From Paraspadella gotoi (lineage: Eukaryota; Animalia; Chaetognatha), in assembly GCA_051294375.1 (NCBI GenBank), contig CM119270.1, positions 5,030,152 to 5,094,151 of the forward strand: DNA of 64,000 nt, in the 5' to 3' direction. The translations under genes were made by a program, and so were the position numbers. Shown piece after piece: positions 44,733-60,514 of the stretch. The notes beneath the pieces are model-generated. The model searched no databases. It was not told where the DNA came from and was given only the letters and a program-made list of their open reading frames with translations. The number at the start of each line of letters is the position of its first letter. The first letter of the stretch is position 1.

Positions 44733-46100
44733 AGAAAGACAAAGAAAGAAACAAAGAAAGAAAGAAAGGAAGAAAGAAAGAAAGGCAAAGAAAGAAAGGA
44801 AAAAAAGAAGAAAAAATGACGAAGAATACTTGTGACGATGTTTTTTTATTGATTTCCCTTGTGAAGACAACAACGGCCGATACAAACTCTCACAATAACG
44901 TCATACCAAAGAAGAGTGAAGGCGGCCGAGGTAGGTTTCGAAACTGCAGTATCACCGCCTTCTGCCTGCCGCCTCCCCCCATCGGCGACCGCTCGCTTGC
45001 GCAACAGCCCCCGCCGCTACCGGCAGCACCGAGGCCCGCACCAGCAGTCGCACCCGCAGCAACCGCAGCAACCGGATGGGGTCCTTCGATCTCTCATGAG
45101 TGAGAATCCGGGGAAAGTCGTGAAATTCCCTACCGAACGGCCAAAGATGCGCCGGAGGGGGGGAGAGGGAAGGGGGGCGTTTGATGGGGTGCTGGGGGGG
45201 GGATCGATGGGGTGCTGGGGCGAAAGCGGATGGGGAGGGTGATGGAGTAAAGGGATGAGGTGAGTTAGAAGGAAGTAAGATGGCGGAAGAGGATGGAGGT
45301 GAGGGGAGTGGGATTGTGGGAGTAAACGATAAGTAAATGGGGGAGAAAAAAAACTGGAAGAAAAATAGGGATGAGATGCGAAATTGAAATCAAAAGTCGG
45401 GAATTGGAAATCGAAAGGGCATGAATGTCTTTTTTTTTTTAATGAGGGAAAGAATTCTTGGGCGAGAATAAATTGCCGAATCCTCTAATAACATGAGAAA
45501 GCCAATAAATTCTGCATTGAAATTTCATTGAAAAATGATAATTAAACTTCGTATCGATTGAAAAGTAATTTCTGACAGAACAGAAAATCGCGCAGGTAGA
45601 AATTAGCAGGGTCGACATAAAATAATATTGAATAAAAGTATTAGTTATACATTAAATTTAAAACGGTTTCTCCCAAGTTATGTTTGCTTTTCATTAGTTC
45701 GCACAATCCCATCGCCCCTTAGCTTTTCTAACCCGGAGTCGAAAACGCACAACTTCCCCGTCGCGCCTCTTTTCTTTCCTCGCCGTCGGGCACTGCCTTT
45801 TCGCGAGGAGTCGGGCGTTTCGAAGGCGGGCGAGCTCTCCATGCGCCGGGCATCACACCTCTTGATTGGGACCCGAGCCAAATGGCGGGCGAGAAGTAAG
45901 GTAAGGGTTTCGGTGGAGTGGCCAGGGGGTTCAGGATGGCGGAAGAAGGGGGGAGGAGAGGGGGGTGGAGAGGGGGGAGGCGACCGGGGAGTTGACGCCG
46001 CGATTCTGAGATCTGATCCAAATTTGGTCGCGATTTTTGAGGCCAAGAAGCTGAAGAAGGGCCCCACGTCTGGGGGAAAGGGGAGAGAGAGGAGAGGAAG

Positions 46101-46132
<32 letters not shown>

Positions 46133-47342
46133 GAGAGAGAAAGAGACTCCCATACGAAAACAACACGTGGAAATTCTCGTCTGTGCCAGAAAGAGAGAGA
46201 AAAAAAAAATCTGAGTAAGAGGCGGCAGTTTGATTAAATCTCCCCGGGATTCTGGTGAAACATCTAAATAATTAAGATCTCAACTTAACGTCAAATCAAA
46301 TGAAAAACGCTGAAACAAAAAAGAATTAAAAAATCTAACTTTGAGATCGTAAAAATTTTGATAAAAAACTAGAGAAACTAAATTTTTAAAAAAAGGAATT
46401 GGGAAAACAATGTAGGGAAAATTCTCAATGAATTTTTTTTTGGGTGACAATCTGAACCGAATTACTCTGCCGGACGTCTTATCGTTCTTGCGTCGTTCGT
46501 CCCCTCTCATCGTCGTCCGTCGTCATCGTCGTCGTCGTCGTCGTCATCGAGGTCGTTATTTTTTTTCGACTGTAATTTTCCGCTGTTATCGTCGTCATTT
46601 GCCGTGGTTGTCTTCTCTCCAAGAACTTTTTAAATCAAAAATTTTTTGTTGCAAGACAAAAATATTTTTATCGACCTAATGGAATTATATACCTTTAAAA
46701 TAATACTAAGGGTAATTTTCAAAAAGTTTCTCACTGATGGGTTTGCGTCGAGAGCCGAAGATAACCCATACTTGATCAATCCTTGTTATTTGTATTATAT
46801 GTTGTTTCACAACCATATTTAATTCTACGAATAACACATGTCATGTTTATCTAAAGGTTTATGCAATAAAGTATTGTGAAATACTAGTAGTAAATCCGAC
46901 TGGGCAATGCTGATATCGTCGACTAACGATCCAAGACCAGAACCGCTACCAGATATATCAAATACTTAAACTTTTCAATAGCATATTTTATTCCTCAACG
47001 TGTTATATGTATGATATACTGTTTTTTCCTTTTTAATAATAATCATATTATCGAGGGAAAAAATTTTTCATCACCAACGACATCTACACGAAATGTTTGG
47101 GACAGTTAAAATAAGCTAACACTCGGGTGTCAGACTCTATGTCAAAATGCTTTCTATCATCTACTCTACATCATCTACATCTCAGATCACAAGTTCGATT
47201 ATACGAAGCTCCTAATTGCTCGTACGTTCGTTCCGTATATCAGTCATCTTCTAGCAGGCTCTCTTCTCCTCTCTCCATGCTCTCGTCATAAGCTCGCTCA
47301 AAAACTCTCTCAGTCTCNNNNNNNNNNNNNNNNNNNNNNNNN

Positions 47343-49570
<2,228 letters not shown>

Positions 49571-50458
49571 AAACTCCTCATTTTCTCCGCTGGGGGCAGG
49601 GTCGTTGCGGTTGCCGCCAATTACTCAGACTTCGATAAAGAATACGACGAGTACTACGATCAAAACCTCGACTTTTTTATTTTTTTCAAATTTTCCCGCG
49701 TTAAACTTAAAGTCAAAAAGCCCTGATTGTTCGATCGCTTCCATTTTCGCTGGAAAAGCCAAGGGTCAAAAGTCGGAGCAAGATCACAATTGGGGGGTCA
49801 ATATTTCTTCGATGATTTTACTAACGATCCATTAATCTCCGATTAGTAAGAAGCAATTAGGAAAGGCTCATTTAAGAGATGATCATCTGGACAGATGGTC
49901 GTCTTTGAGATGATAGAAATCAACGCCTTCGGATCGATTATGATAAGACAAAGATAAGAAGTTTAGCGAAATGAGAGAAGGGATGGTTTAAAGTTAGAAC
50001 GGTGCGAGGCTAAAATTTAGGAATTTAACTGATAAACTAAGCAATTTTAAGACGCCTACCCATCCATTCATCCATTTCTTTACCCAATCACCCTTCGGTC
50101 TAGCTCATACCAATTCTTTAACATCCTTCATCTCCCAGTGACCCTTCAACACCCCAAACATCCCTCAACAACCCCAACTTCCTTAAACACCCCGCATCCC
50201 TTCTTCGACCCCCAAAGATCCATCGAAGCGAAGCAGCTGTCGAGCGGCTCAACCACCACCGAATCACTAAACATTGCCGAACATTCACCGTGAATTCGCT
50301 CAAGATTCACGAACAAAATAGAACAACAACAACAACAACAGCAAAAACTAAAAACTCAGTGCAAGAAATCAAAGTTTAACAAAAGTTAAAAAGAAAAGAA
50401 ATTTTTACAATCGCTTTCATCTTAACTTTGTGTAATCTTTTCTTCTGTGAGACGTAAA

Positions 50459-50550
<92 letters not shown>

Positions 50551-50962
50551 TCTCTCTCCCTCTCCCTCCACTTAAAAGGTCATTTCGAGTCAGACTTAAT
50601 AACTTGCTCGGCCAACATAAGCCTCATCTCGTCCGACTCCCGCTTCATGCGAAAGTCGGTCTTCAGATTTACTCTCCACAGTTGCTGTTTCGAACTCTTG
50701 AGCAGTTGCTTCTCCCTCGACGATTGTTGATGCTTCTCTTACGAGTCCGAAAATTGGTCATTTGATGAGAGGAGCGCCGCCTGCTGAGCCTGTCGAGGGG
50801 GGGGGGAAAGCGAAGAGAATTGAAGGGTGAGGGAGGGTGAGTGAGTGGGTGAAGGGGTGAAAGGAGTCGAGCGGGGTGAGTTGAGTGAAGATTGGTCGGT
50901 CGGAATGAGAAAGTTATTCGACATACGTAGTGGTGAGAATTGCGCAGGTTTTGTCGTAAGTA

Positions 50963-50993
<31 letters not shown>

Positions 50994-52689
50994 TGAAGTC
51001 GTCGTATATTTCGCCATCTCATAATGATCATTCTTGCCATGGTAGTTGCCTTTATGGTATGGATGATTCGCCGACTTCTTCATTGTTGTTGTCGTTCGTT
51101 TGATCGTCATCGTCATCGTCGTCATAATCTTTTTTCTTCGACCTCAAACGTATAATAGTAAAATGAAGAGGAAAGAGACGAAAAGACAGAGAGAGAGTGG
51201 TGGATCCCGAGATAGTGAGAGAGTGAGAGAGTGTAAGAAGATTGCTTTCAGCTTTCAATAGAAACTAATTGTAAGAACAACGACAGCGTTGACAACCACC
51301 AGAATGAAAAAAAAATTAATAAAAACATTAGCAGTCAGACAAACTTCACATTTTAAAAGTTAGAAATTGAGACAACGCTTCGAATCAAGAAGCTTTGGAG
51401 GAATTTGAGGCAAAGGAAGTGAGTAATGATCGAATCGATGATGACAACAAAGACGACGACCATGACGACGATCGCAAAGACGATAACGACGACCACAAAG
51501 ACGACGACGATGACGAGGATGACTTTAATACATCACTGTCTCTAATGAATGAAAGAAGTTATGACTTATGAGCCAAAGAGACGGGAATTCGACGGTGGTT
51601 TGATATTTGGAATGTGAATCCTTCGCTTGGGTCAGGCCTTTTCTGGCCAGATCGCACTGGGCCAGCCGAATCGGACCAGCCGCTTCGGACCAGCCGCTTC
51701 TGAGCCGGGTCTCGCAGCCTCTCCTCTCACCAACACTCGAACCGCTGGTCGAGCCGTTTGAGTCGGCCAACTGCTTCGTCGGCCAACTGGCTCGTCGGAG
51801 ACGATCGACCAACTGCGAGGGTTGAAGGATCGGATGGAGTTGGGTCAGGGGATCAGGGGTCAGGGAGGCGCGAGTTGGGTAAGGGGATCAGGGGTCAGGG
51901 AGTCGTGAGTTTGGTCAGAGTCAGGGGTAGAGAGTCAGGAAGGCCGATTTGTGGTCAGATTTTCGCTTCCCCAATCTTTTGCACTGTCGTCGATAAATTC
52001 CTAGAAATCGGAAAAATCTCCGACTTCTTATCTTTATTTCGCAGAAGAATGAAATAATTTCTTTTTCCCTTAATCTCTTTCGACGGTTCGTTTCTGATCG
52101 ATGGCGCGAATTTGTACGCATTAAGGACGGACGGATGCGACTTGATTGATCGGACGGAATTTGCGAGCAGATTGATCGGGGCTTAGGCTTAGGAGATAAG
52201 AAAGACAGGAAATTAGTGATGAGCGATTGATCCCTTTTGACTTTTGAGATTTTTGAAGAGAAAAAGGATTTGGATCGTGGCAAAAACTTTGTTCTTCTTT
52301 TTACTATAGATTATCATTTCAGAATAATACAAATATTAGTTGTGAAGAAATAAAAGCCAGTCTATGCCACCGCCATATAAATTGAGGACGCGAAATATAT
52401 AAACGATGTAGTTTGCAAAGAGATAGCTTTCAATAAAATAGTACATGGCCAGCGGGCATATCTGGCACAAAGCTCGTACTGTAAACTTTTTAAAAGAGGG
52501 AACGCCCGAACAGAGAAAAAACTCTTTCTTTCTTTTCGCGAAAGGAAGAAAAATCTAACCAGAAGCCGAAAGAAGCTTCTCTCTGTTTTTGGCGGCAAAA
52601 ATCAAAATAAAGGTTTAATTCCCTCAAATTCTATTGAGAGAGAGAGAGAGAGANNNNNNNNNNNNNNNNNNNNNNNNNAAAAAAGAGAG

Positions 52690-52790
52690 AGATTGGTACG
52701 AGGTACGTCGATTGGCCGCCTAAAATCTCGATTACCGATTTAAAAGCTTAGTACTGACGTGGCGTGAGTTCAAATCCCTTATTGGATCAA
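52690..52790. promoter_or_regulatory. Candidate CCAAT-box/CRE promoter
   Basis: ATTGG at 52692, 52711 and 52781 and TGACGTGG at 52755, all within 100 bp. Motif match only. Confidence 0.35.
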
Positions 52791-54208
52791 AACGAGTTCG
52801 TATTTGTAAGTTCATGAATATGTGTGTCGATTTGAAAGTCGTCGATATTTTCGTGAGATTCGTTTTTTGCCATAACTTTTGAATGCGGATTATCTCTGAT
52901 TTGATGAATATTGTATCGTATGTAGATTAATATTTGATATTCGTCCTTATTCCGATCGGGTAACCGGAGAAAATTCGAGTTGTAATTAATTTACTAACGA
53001 GTGACTGTTTTAGAAACGTGTATGCAAATTCCCAAATACGTTTTTTGATTAAAACAAAGTAGTTGCTGAATGATTCCGGTCAATGGCTTCATACATATGC
53101 TATGATTAGTTTTGAGCTGTCACTACAATTAAATAACAATACTGAGTGCTACGTTCTTAAACTCTTGCTATTGTGTACTGTGATCGACAGACAATTTTAA
53201 AATTAGGTTCTCGAAAAATAGGTCGCTTGTTTTTCTAATTATAAAACAACGACAATAACTCGGCTTTGTTCAAATCATCCACATTTTTAAAGTTGTTCTG
53301 GTTCTGATTTACCGGAAAACTGTTTTTTGTTTTAAAATTTCAAAAGTCCGTAAAACGTCCTTCTCATTTTACCCATTTTTCTTTTCTTTTTTTTTTTTTA
53401 TTTCAATATTTAATTTTTATTTTCTTTCTTTGCCTCAATTTCTTCATCAATCATCCTCATCATCTCCTCTTTTATTGGGACCTACCACAGATATCTATAT
53501 TTATAATGCACATATATCACGACTCTGCCTCGTTATTGCAGTCTTGAAATTTCCTCATGTTCGCCACGATTTCTCACAAATACACACATGAGAAAACTAA
53601 ATTTTGACCTCGCGTGAAAATGTTTTCTGTTGTGAATGTGATGGATGAAGAAGGAATCTTATCGCTTGAAAAAAANNNNNNNNNNNNNNNNNNNNNNNNN
53701 NNNNNNNNNNNNNNNNNNNNNNNNNNNNNNNNNNNNNNNNNNNNNNNNNNNNNNNNNNNNNNNNNNNNNNNNNNNNNNNNNNNNNNNNNNNNNNNNNNNN
53801 NNNNNNNNNNNNNNNNNNNNNNNNNNNNNNNNNNNNNNNNNNNNNNNNNNNNNNNNNNNNNNNNNNNNNNNNNNNNNNNNNNNNNNNNNNNNNNNNNNNN
53901 NNNNNNNNNNNNNNNNNNNNNNNNNNNNNNNNNNNNNNNNNNNNNNNNNNNNNNNNNNNNNNNNNNNNNNNNNNNNNNNNNNNNNNNNNNNNNNNNNNNN
54001 NNNNNNNNNNNNNNNNNNNNNNNNNNNNNNNNNNNNNNNNNNNNNNNNNNNNNNNNNNNNNNNNNNNNNNNNNNNAAGAAAGAAAGAAAGAAAAAAGAGA
54101 GAAAACTAGACAAGGTTGATAAGAGAAAGATTGAACTTAGCTATTCCAAGAATTTATAAGGAACAGGTGAAGATGAAAGAGAGNNNNNNNNNNNNNNNNN
54201 NNNNNNNN

Positions 54209-54247
<39 letters not shown>

Positions 54248-56269
54248 CTTCTTCTCTCTCTCTTCTCTCTCTTCATCTTCACCTTGTTTTCCTTTTATCA
54301 AATAAATTTTATACATATGAATTCTTTGTATATTAAGCTGTAATATTAGTCTTTAACACATCAAACTTCTCTTCACTACTATGACATCATCATCAAACCC
54401 TTGTTCCAGCGTTTTTTTTTCTCCTCCCATCCGGTTGTACTAGTCGCGCTAGTTTCTCAAGTTCTTATTCTCGTCCCGATAGTTTCATTCGCTTGCCTGT
54501 GGCTCGGCTTAGCTACAAGCTGAGTACGCACATCCTTTCAAATAATTAGCTTGCGCAATCAAGGCCTTGTACTTTCTTGAGGCAGGCTTCTTAAAATTTT
54601 CGTGTTTGATCCCCAAACATACCTTTCTCTAGATTTTCTCTCCGCCCCAGGGCTGTTCTTCTGCAGTACCGTCGCAATGTACCCGATTGCCTTCTCGCTT
54701 CTTTCTGATGAAGATAAGTCCTCTTTTGCTCTTTACTCCCGCATTAAAGAAGAATGTAAATAAAGAAGCCGACCCGCGTCCCTTCCTGCGGCAGTCCCTC
54801 GTAGAGTATTATATGGTTTTGGCCCGAGGGATCGCCCGCTTCAAGACTCTTCAGGTGAGGGAAGTAGAGTTTGTTGCCAGGGTTACGAAGTTCGAGGCCA
54901 TGAGAGATTGAGCGGGCGCGGTTGTCGCCTTTCAGTAGTTTGGGTCTTTTGGCAGCGGTGACAGCTGCCTGTTTTGAAGGAGTGGATTGATTGACATCGT
55001 TTTCCTAAAATTAACCTGGAATGGCCCCTTGACACGAGCGGCCCGCTGGAATTCTCAAAGAGTCGGGTTGATTTAAAAAAAAAAAAATATGATAATATGT
55101 TATTTTTCATGACATTGATTTTTAAACCATTGATCCTAAATTAACTTGGATTGCTATGATTCATTTTCAATGTGACTCGAAATAAGAAACCGAAAAACCC
55201 CCAACAGCGAAAAAGATGAAGAGATAAAAAATCTATAAAATATAATGCATAAAATCTAGAGATGAAAAGCAACAGAAAAAATACATTAAAAAATTAAATT
55301 TAATATCCAAAAAAAATGTTTCTTTTCCTAGTTTAAAGGATTTCCGCTTTGACGATTGAAAGATTTGCAGAAATATAAGTTTTATTCAAGCATAAGCATT
55401 CCTTCTTTCATCATGCAAACATTCAACAGACGAGGAAAAAACAATTTTCCACGCAAGAGGTCAAAATTTAAGTTTTCTCCATGTGTGAATATCTGTGGAG
55501 AATCGTGGTGCGAACTGAGGAGACATTTCAAGACTTGCAATAAATATGAGGGCCAAACTTGTTTTTTGGGTTTTTGGCGTCAATCTTTTTTTGTCTTTAA
55601 GGTTCGTAATATAATATTTTTATTGATTCTAAATTTTTCAATTTGATTCAACCAACTTTTTTTCCAATTCCAAACATTAAATAATTCTCTTACAATTAAA
55701 AAATACTTCTTGAAACTTCTCCATCTAAAATTTATTAAAAAACGCTTTTTTTTTCTTTCAGAACAAAGTTCAATTTTCAAAAAACTTCTTACGGATCTAA
55801 AATTACGCTGAAACCCAAAATCTACAGAACAAAAAAGTTTAAAATTGCTACGTTAAAAAACCCAAAAATAAAAATCTGAAATACCAAAATACCATTCATG
55901 TACAAAAATCTTTCGAGAGATAGTTGTTGCTCGATGATTTGTTTACATTTTCCTCCACAACTTCCAATTCATCTCCCTCAGGGACCCAATTTTTTTTTTT
56001 CCTTCTCAATGTTTCTTAATTTTTTTTATATTTTGATTTAATTCCCTTGTTATTGTTGTCTTGTGTTTTTTCAAACTTTTTTCATCTTGGGAGGCAAAAG
56101 AAAAAAGCGGATCTTACGGTTCAGATTTCATGTGTACTTATTATTATTATTGTCGTTAACAAATATGTGTGTTCTGTTGCTTTTTATGTTTTCCCTTTAT
56201 TTTTAATAATTTATTAGTTCGCCACCAATCTACCCTAAGGCATCTTCACAAAACCGATAACTAAACCGA

Positions 56270-57290
56270 ACCGCCAACGAAATAAAACGTGTCTTTCAAA
56301 TCATCACCATTTTAAATTTCCGAGTTCGATTTACCGAAAACGTTTTTGTTTTAAAAATTTCAAAGTCCGTAAAAGTTTCTTTCCCGTGTTTACCCATTTT
56401 TTACTTTTCTTTTTTTTTATTTCAATTATTTACCATTTTGCTATCTTAATTCCCTACCTTTAAGTGTTCTCTCATTAGTCAATATAATCCTATCATGCCC
56501 TCTTTTCATTGGAAGGACCTACCACAGATGGATTATTTATCGAACACATTATCCCCACAGACGCCTCTCTAATACTTACTGCTCTCTAATCTCTCTCCTG
56601 CTCTCTCTTCTCTCTCTCCCTCTCCTCTTCATACTCGTTCATTTCTTCGACTCTCTCTCTCCTACCTCTCTATCTCTCTCTCTTCTTCTCTAATTAAGAT
56701 TTGAGAGGACAATAATTACAGAACCTTTATTTTTGATTTTGCCGCCAAAATAACAACCAATCCGGACAGAAGTAAGCCTTCTGTTCGGGTTCTGTAGATT
56801 TTTCTTCCCTTTGCCGAAAAAGAAAGAAAAAAGACGTTTTTCTCTGTTCGGGGTTTCCCTCTTTTACAGGAAAATATTCGACTAGTTACGAAGCTCTTTC
56901 ATGACTTTTGGCCAACTATGCCCCCGTGCTCACATAGTACTACATTTTATTGAAAGGCTATCTCTTTGCAAACTACATCGTTGAGTATCTCGACTTACTT
57001 GATTGTTGATATTACGGCTTTCGCTCTTTCATCTCATATGTATGTCCTTCCAATTATATGTGGTAAAATGATCCCGTGTACAGAAGAAAAAAAATTATGG
57101 AACGTTTTTTTTAAGTCAGTTATTTTGGCATTATGTAGAATTGCTTGGACGTTTGTTACAATTCTGTCTACATCTATATTTGTTAATTCATGAAATGACT
57201 AATCTTTATAGTAATATATATGAGTTAAAGAACTCATAAGTTTTTTGACCCACTCCGATCCAAATCCCATTTTTCTGCTTCTCGAAAAAT
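56270..57290. repeat. Noisy copies of the 52-53.5 kb region: 56270-56530 direct (matches 53250-53495) and 56700-57290 inverted (matches 52230-52625)
   Basis: GGACCTACCACAGAT at 53478 and 56515; GCTATCTCTTTGCAAACTACATCG (56957) is the reverse complement of CGATGTAGTTTGCAAAGAGATAGC (52404). Confidence 0.8.
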
Positions 57291-57372
57291 CTCAGCAACA
57301 TCAATACAAAAGGAGAGCATACAGAATCGCTCATACACATATCATATAAACCAATATACTTTCAACAATACT

Positions 57373-57410
<38 letters not shown>

Positions 57411-57799
57411 CTCGTGGTATTTCTGTCAAAAAGGGTTTAGATGCGGATCAAATTTAAACTTAGATTTTAATGGTTTTCTCAAAGAATCAAGGGTTTTGAC
57501 GAAGAAGACAGGATTTCCAGAAAAAAAAGGGTTTAAAGAAAAAAAAGTTTTCGGAGAAATTTATTTCTTTCTTTCTTTTTTTTTCAAATGAATGCGGAAG
57601 AGAAAAATATCGATCATTTTGTGAAAGATTAAAGTTCAACTTAAACTTTAGTAGAAACCGAATGTTTTTTTTCGTTAAGTTTCATTAAAAGAATAGTGAA
57701 TAGTGAATAGTAAAAGTCATATTAAACTTATCTTTTCTCTTTTCGTTTTGGCGACGAATATTGAAACCTACTTCCGACTTTTCACGGACTCCTACCCTT

Positions 57800-57802
57800 C
57801 CC

Positions 57803-57840
<38 letters not shown>

Positions 57841-57905
57841 GCCGCCACCGCCGCCGCTGCTACCGCCGCTGCCGGCGCCGGCGCCGCAGCTGAAGCCGCC
57901 GCCCA
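57800..57905. repeat. (CCG)n trinucleotide repeat / CpG-rich island
   Basis: About 30 degenerate CCG units. Reads as poly-Pro, poly-Ala or poly-Gly depending on frame, but no convincing flanking splice sites were found. Confidence 0.85.
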
Positions 57906-59150
57906 CGAGCTCTTTCAACTTCGTTCCTTATTTCGTCATCGAAAAAGAATGTAAATTCACTCTCATTTTTTTTTGGCGAACTTCGAACCTCATAAACATT
58001 CACAGAGAGAGAACTAGGGCGGGTCCTCTCTCCCGTCAAACCAGCGCCGCGTTATGATTTATTATTTTCACTTCCCTCTTTTTCTTACTTTTAGATTAAC
58101 GATTTCTCTGGTCCTCTCACATTTTACTCTGCCGCCCCTGCCTTATCGCCTCCCCTGCCTCCTTGTCTTCCTTACCTTCCCTGCCTTCCCTGCGTCCCCT
58201 GCCTCTCCTCCCTGCCCTTGCTCCCCTGCCTCCCCGTAGTTCTAAGTCCAGTCAAAGTTTAATCTTTAATAAAAAGGGAAAAAAATCGAGTCTGGAGGAA
58301 ATGACAAAGGAATGCGGATTTGAACGAGGAGGAAATAATGAATGAAAGAAGGAAAGAAAGAAAGAAAGAAAGAAAAAAGAAAGAAAGAAAGAAAGAAAGA
58401 AAGACCGAAAGAAAGACCGAAAGAAAGAAAGTTAAAACAAGTCAGCGTGTTGATAAATTAATAAATTAATAAATAAATTGATAAATTGATAAACAAGTCA
58501 GCGTGTTGATAAATTAATAAATTAATTAATAAATTAATTAATTAAATCATCGAAAGTTTTCATTTCTTTCTTTTTTTAATTTTCAACCTTTTATGACGAG
58601 GAATTAACATGATTATTTTTTAAATTAAATTGAAAAACGAAAAAACGAGTAAAAAAAAAAGGAAAGACTGAAAAGCAAAGCCTGGCGATTCCACATCTCC
58701 GTATCACATTAGCCCAGTGAAATATAACTCACCCTCCCCCCCCGGCCCGGCCCCCCTCCGGCCCTCCTCCGATTAAACCTCATTTTTCCCGCCAAAAATT
58801 TTCAACACTAATTTTCCTTTCAAAATCAAATTCTCACGCGAAAAATGCAAAAAAATTTTGAGACGAGATTAAAAGCAGATACGAAGCAAAGAAAAAAAAG
58901 CGCGGGAAAAAAACGGAGAAAAAGAAAGGAAGGGGGGAGGAAATAAAGGAAAAGCAAAAAAAAAAAGAGGAAATTAACACCTGAAAACCCAGAGAAAGAG
59001 AAAAGGAGAGAGAGTGAGAGAGAGTGAGAGGGAGGGATAGAGGGACAGAGGAGAGAAAGGGGACCAGAGGATCGATGGAAAAGGGGAGTTTTTCAAAACC
59101 CAAGAGGATTCCCTCCTCCCCGGATAATCCGGACCAAAACGGGAAACATG

Positions 59151-59194
<44 letters not shown>

Positions 59195-59704
59195 AGTGAT
59201 TGGATGAGGTGTGGCCTCTTCAATCTCTCTTTTTTTCCCTTTTCGTCTCGAATTTCAAAAAAAAAATTAAATTAATTTCCTGTTTTTCCTTCGAAGCGTC
59301 GATAAAAATAAATGAGGTCATTCGTAATTAAAGTTTTAGTGCCTTGTATTAAACAAAGGGGCAAGTCTCCTTAAAATATGTTTATAATCTTCTCTTTTTT
59401 GTCTATAATTTGTTTTTTTTTTTCTCTTTCAATCGTCAAATTTCGGTTAGATTTTTGTTTAAAAAAATTTATGAGGATTTCGTCACTCTCTTTGGTTTTG
59501 ATCTTTCATCGAAATCGTTAGAGGATCGTCCACCCACACCCTCTTCCTCCTCATCCTCCTCCTCTTCCTCCTTCTCATCTCCTCAGCCTCGCGCCAAAAT
59601 TCGTCGAGCGCCAAAGAATTCAACGGAAATAGAAAGATAAAAAAAAATTGCGAATTTCTTTCTTCGATCGAACATGGCGGGAGAGAGGGGGACGGAGAGA
59701 GAAT

Positions 59705-59755
<51 letters not shown>

Positions 59756-60071
59756 TGAAAGAGAGAAAAGAGAGAGGGTTTTTTATTTGCATTACGACTT
59801 TTTAACTTGTGAAATATGTTTATAAATCTATTTAGCTACAAGCTACAAGCAAAAGTAGTTGCTGGGATTCCGATAGTAAATCCGACACCATCGCCCTCTA
59901 CTTGTTTTTCCCCTTTCGAACATCTGAACATCTGTGGTGATTTAAAGTTTTTTTTTATTTCTCTTTTTTGTTTTCATTTCTTTTTACTTTTTTCCATGAA
60001 ATTCCTTTTTTTCCAGTTTTATTTTTATTTTGTTTATTTATCTTTTTTGCATCGGTGGGTCGAAGAAACCG

Positions 60072-60149
<78 letters not shown>

Positions 60150-60514
60150 TAAGACGCCTGGGAAAATCACAAGAGTGAAAAAGAAGATTCTCCGAAGAAA
60201 AAAGTAAGGGAAGGGGAGAAAGGCCAAGGAAAAAGGAAAAAGGAAAGAAAAAAGAAGGGAAAAAGGAAAAGTCCATGGGTAGGGGAGAAACGGAATGAAA
60301 TGGTGAAGTCAGAAATAAAATAGGGTGGGTAATAATTCAGTATTCCGCCGCTCAAATTGTCTCTTTCCATTCTCATATCGCTTTAGGCTTTTACGATTTA
60401 AACTGGTATGAACCGCTGACAGACATGAGGAGAAAAAACTGGGAAAAACGGAGAAAAAAGGAGAAAAAAGGAGAAAAAAGGAGAAAAAANNNNNNNNNNN
60501 NNNNNNNNNNNNNN

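Noticed and set aside
51608-51630. TGGAATGT (miR-1 seed-like) sequence
   Set aside because: The rest does not match miR-1 and I see no complementary hairpin arm.
57685-58057. Poly-Pro/Ala/Gly ORFs suggestive of a formin or transcription-factor exon
   Set aside because: Explained by a (CCG)n tract; no convincing acceptor/donor pair and no flanking domain sequence.
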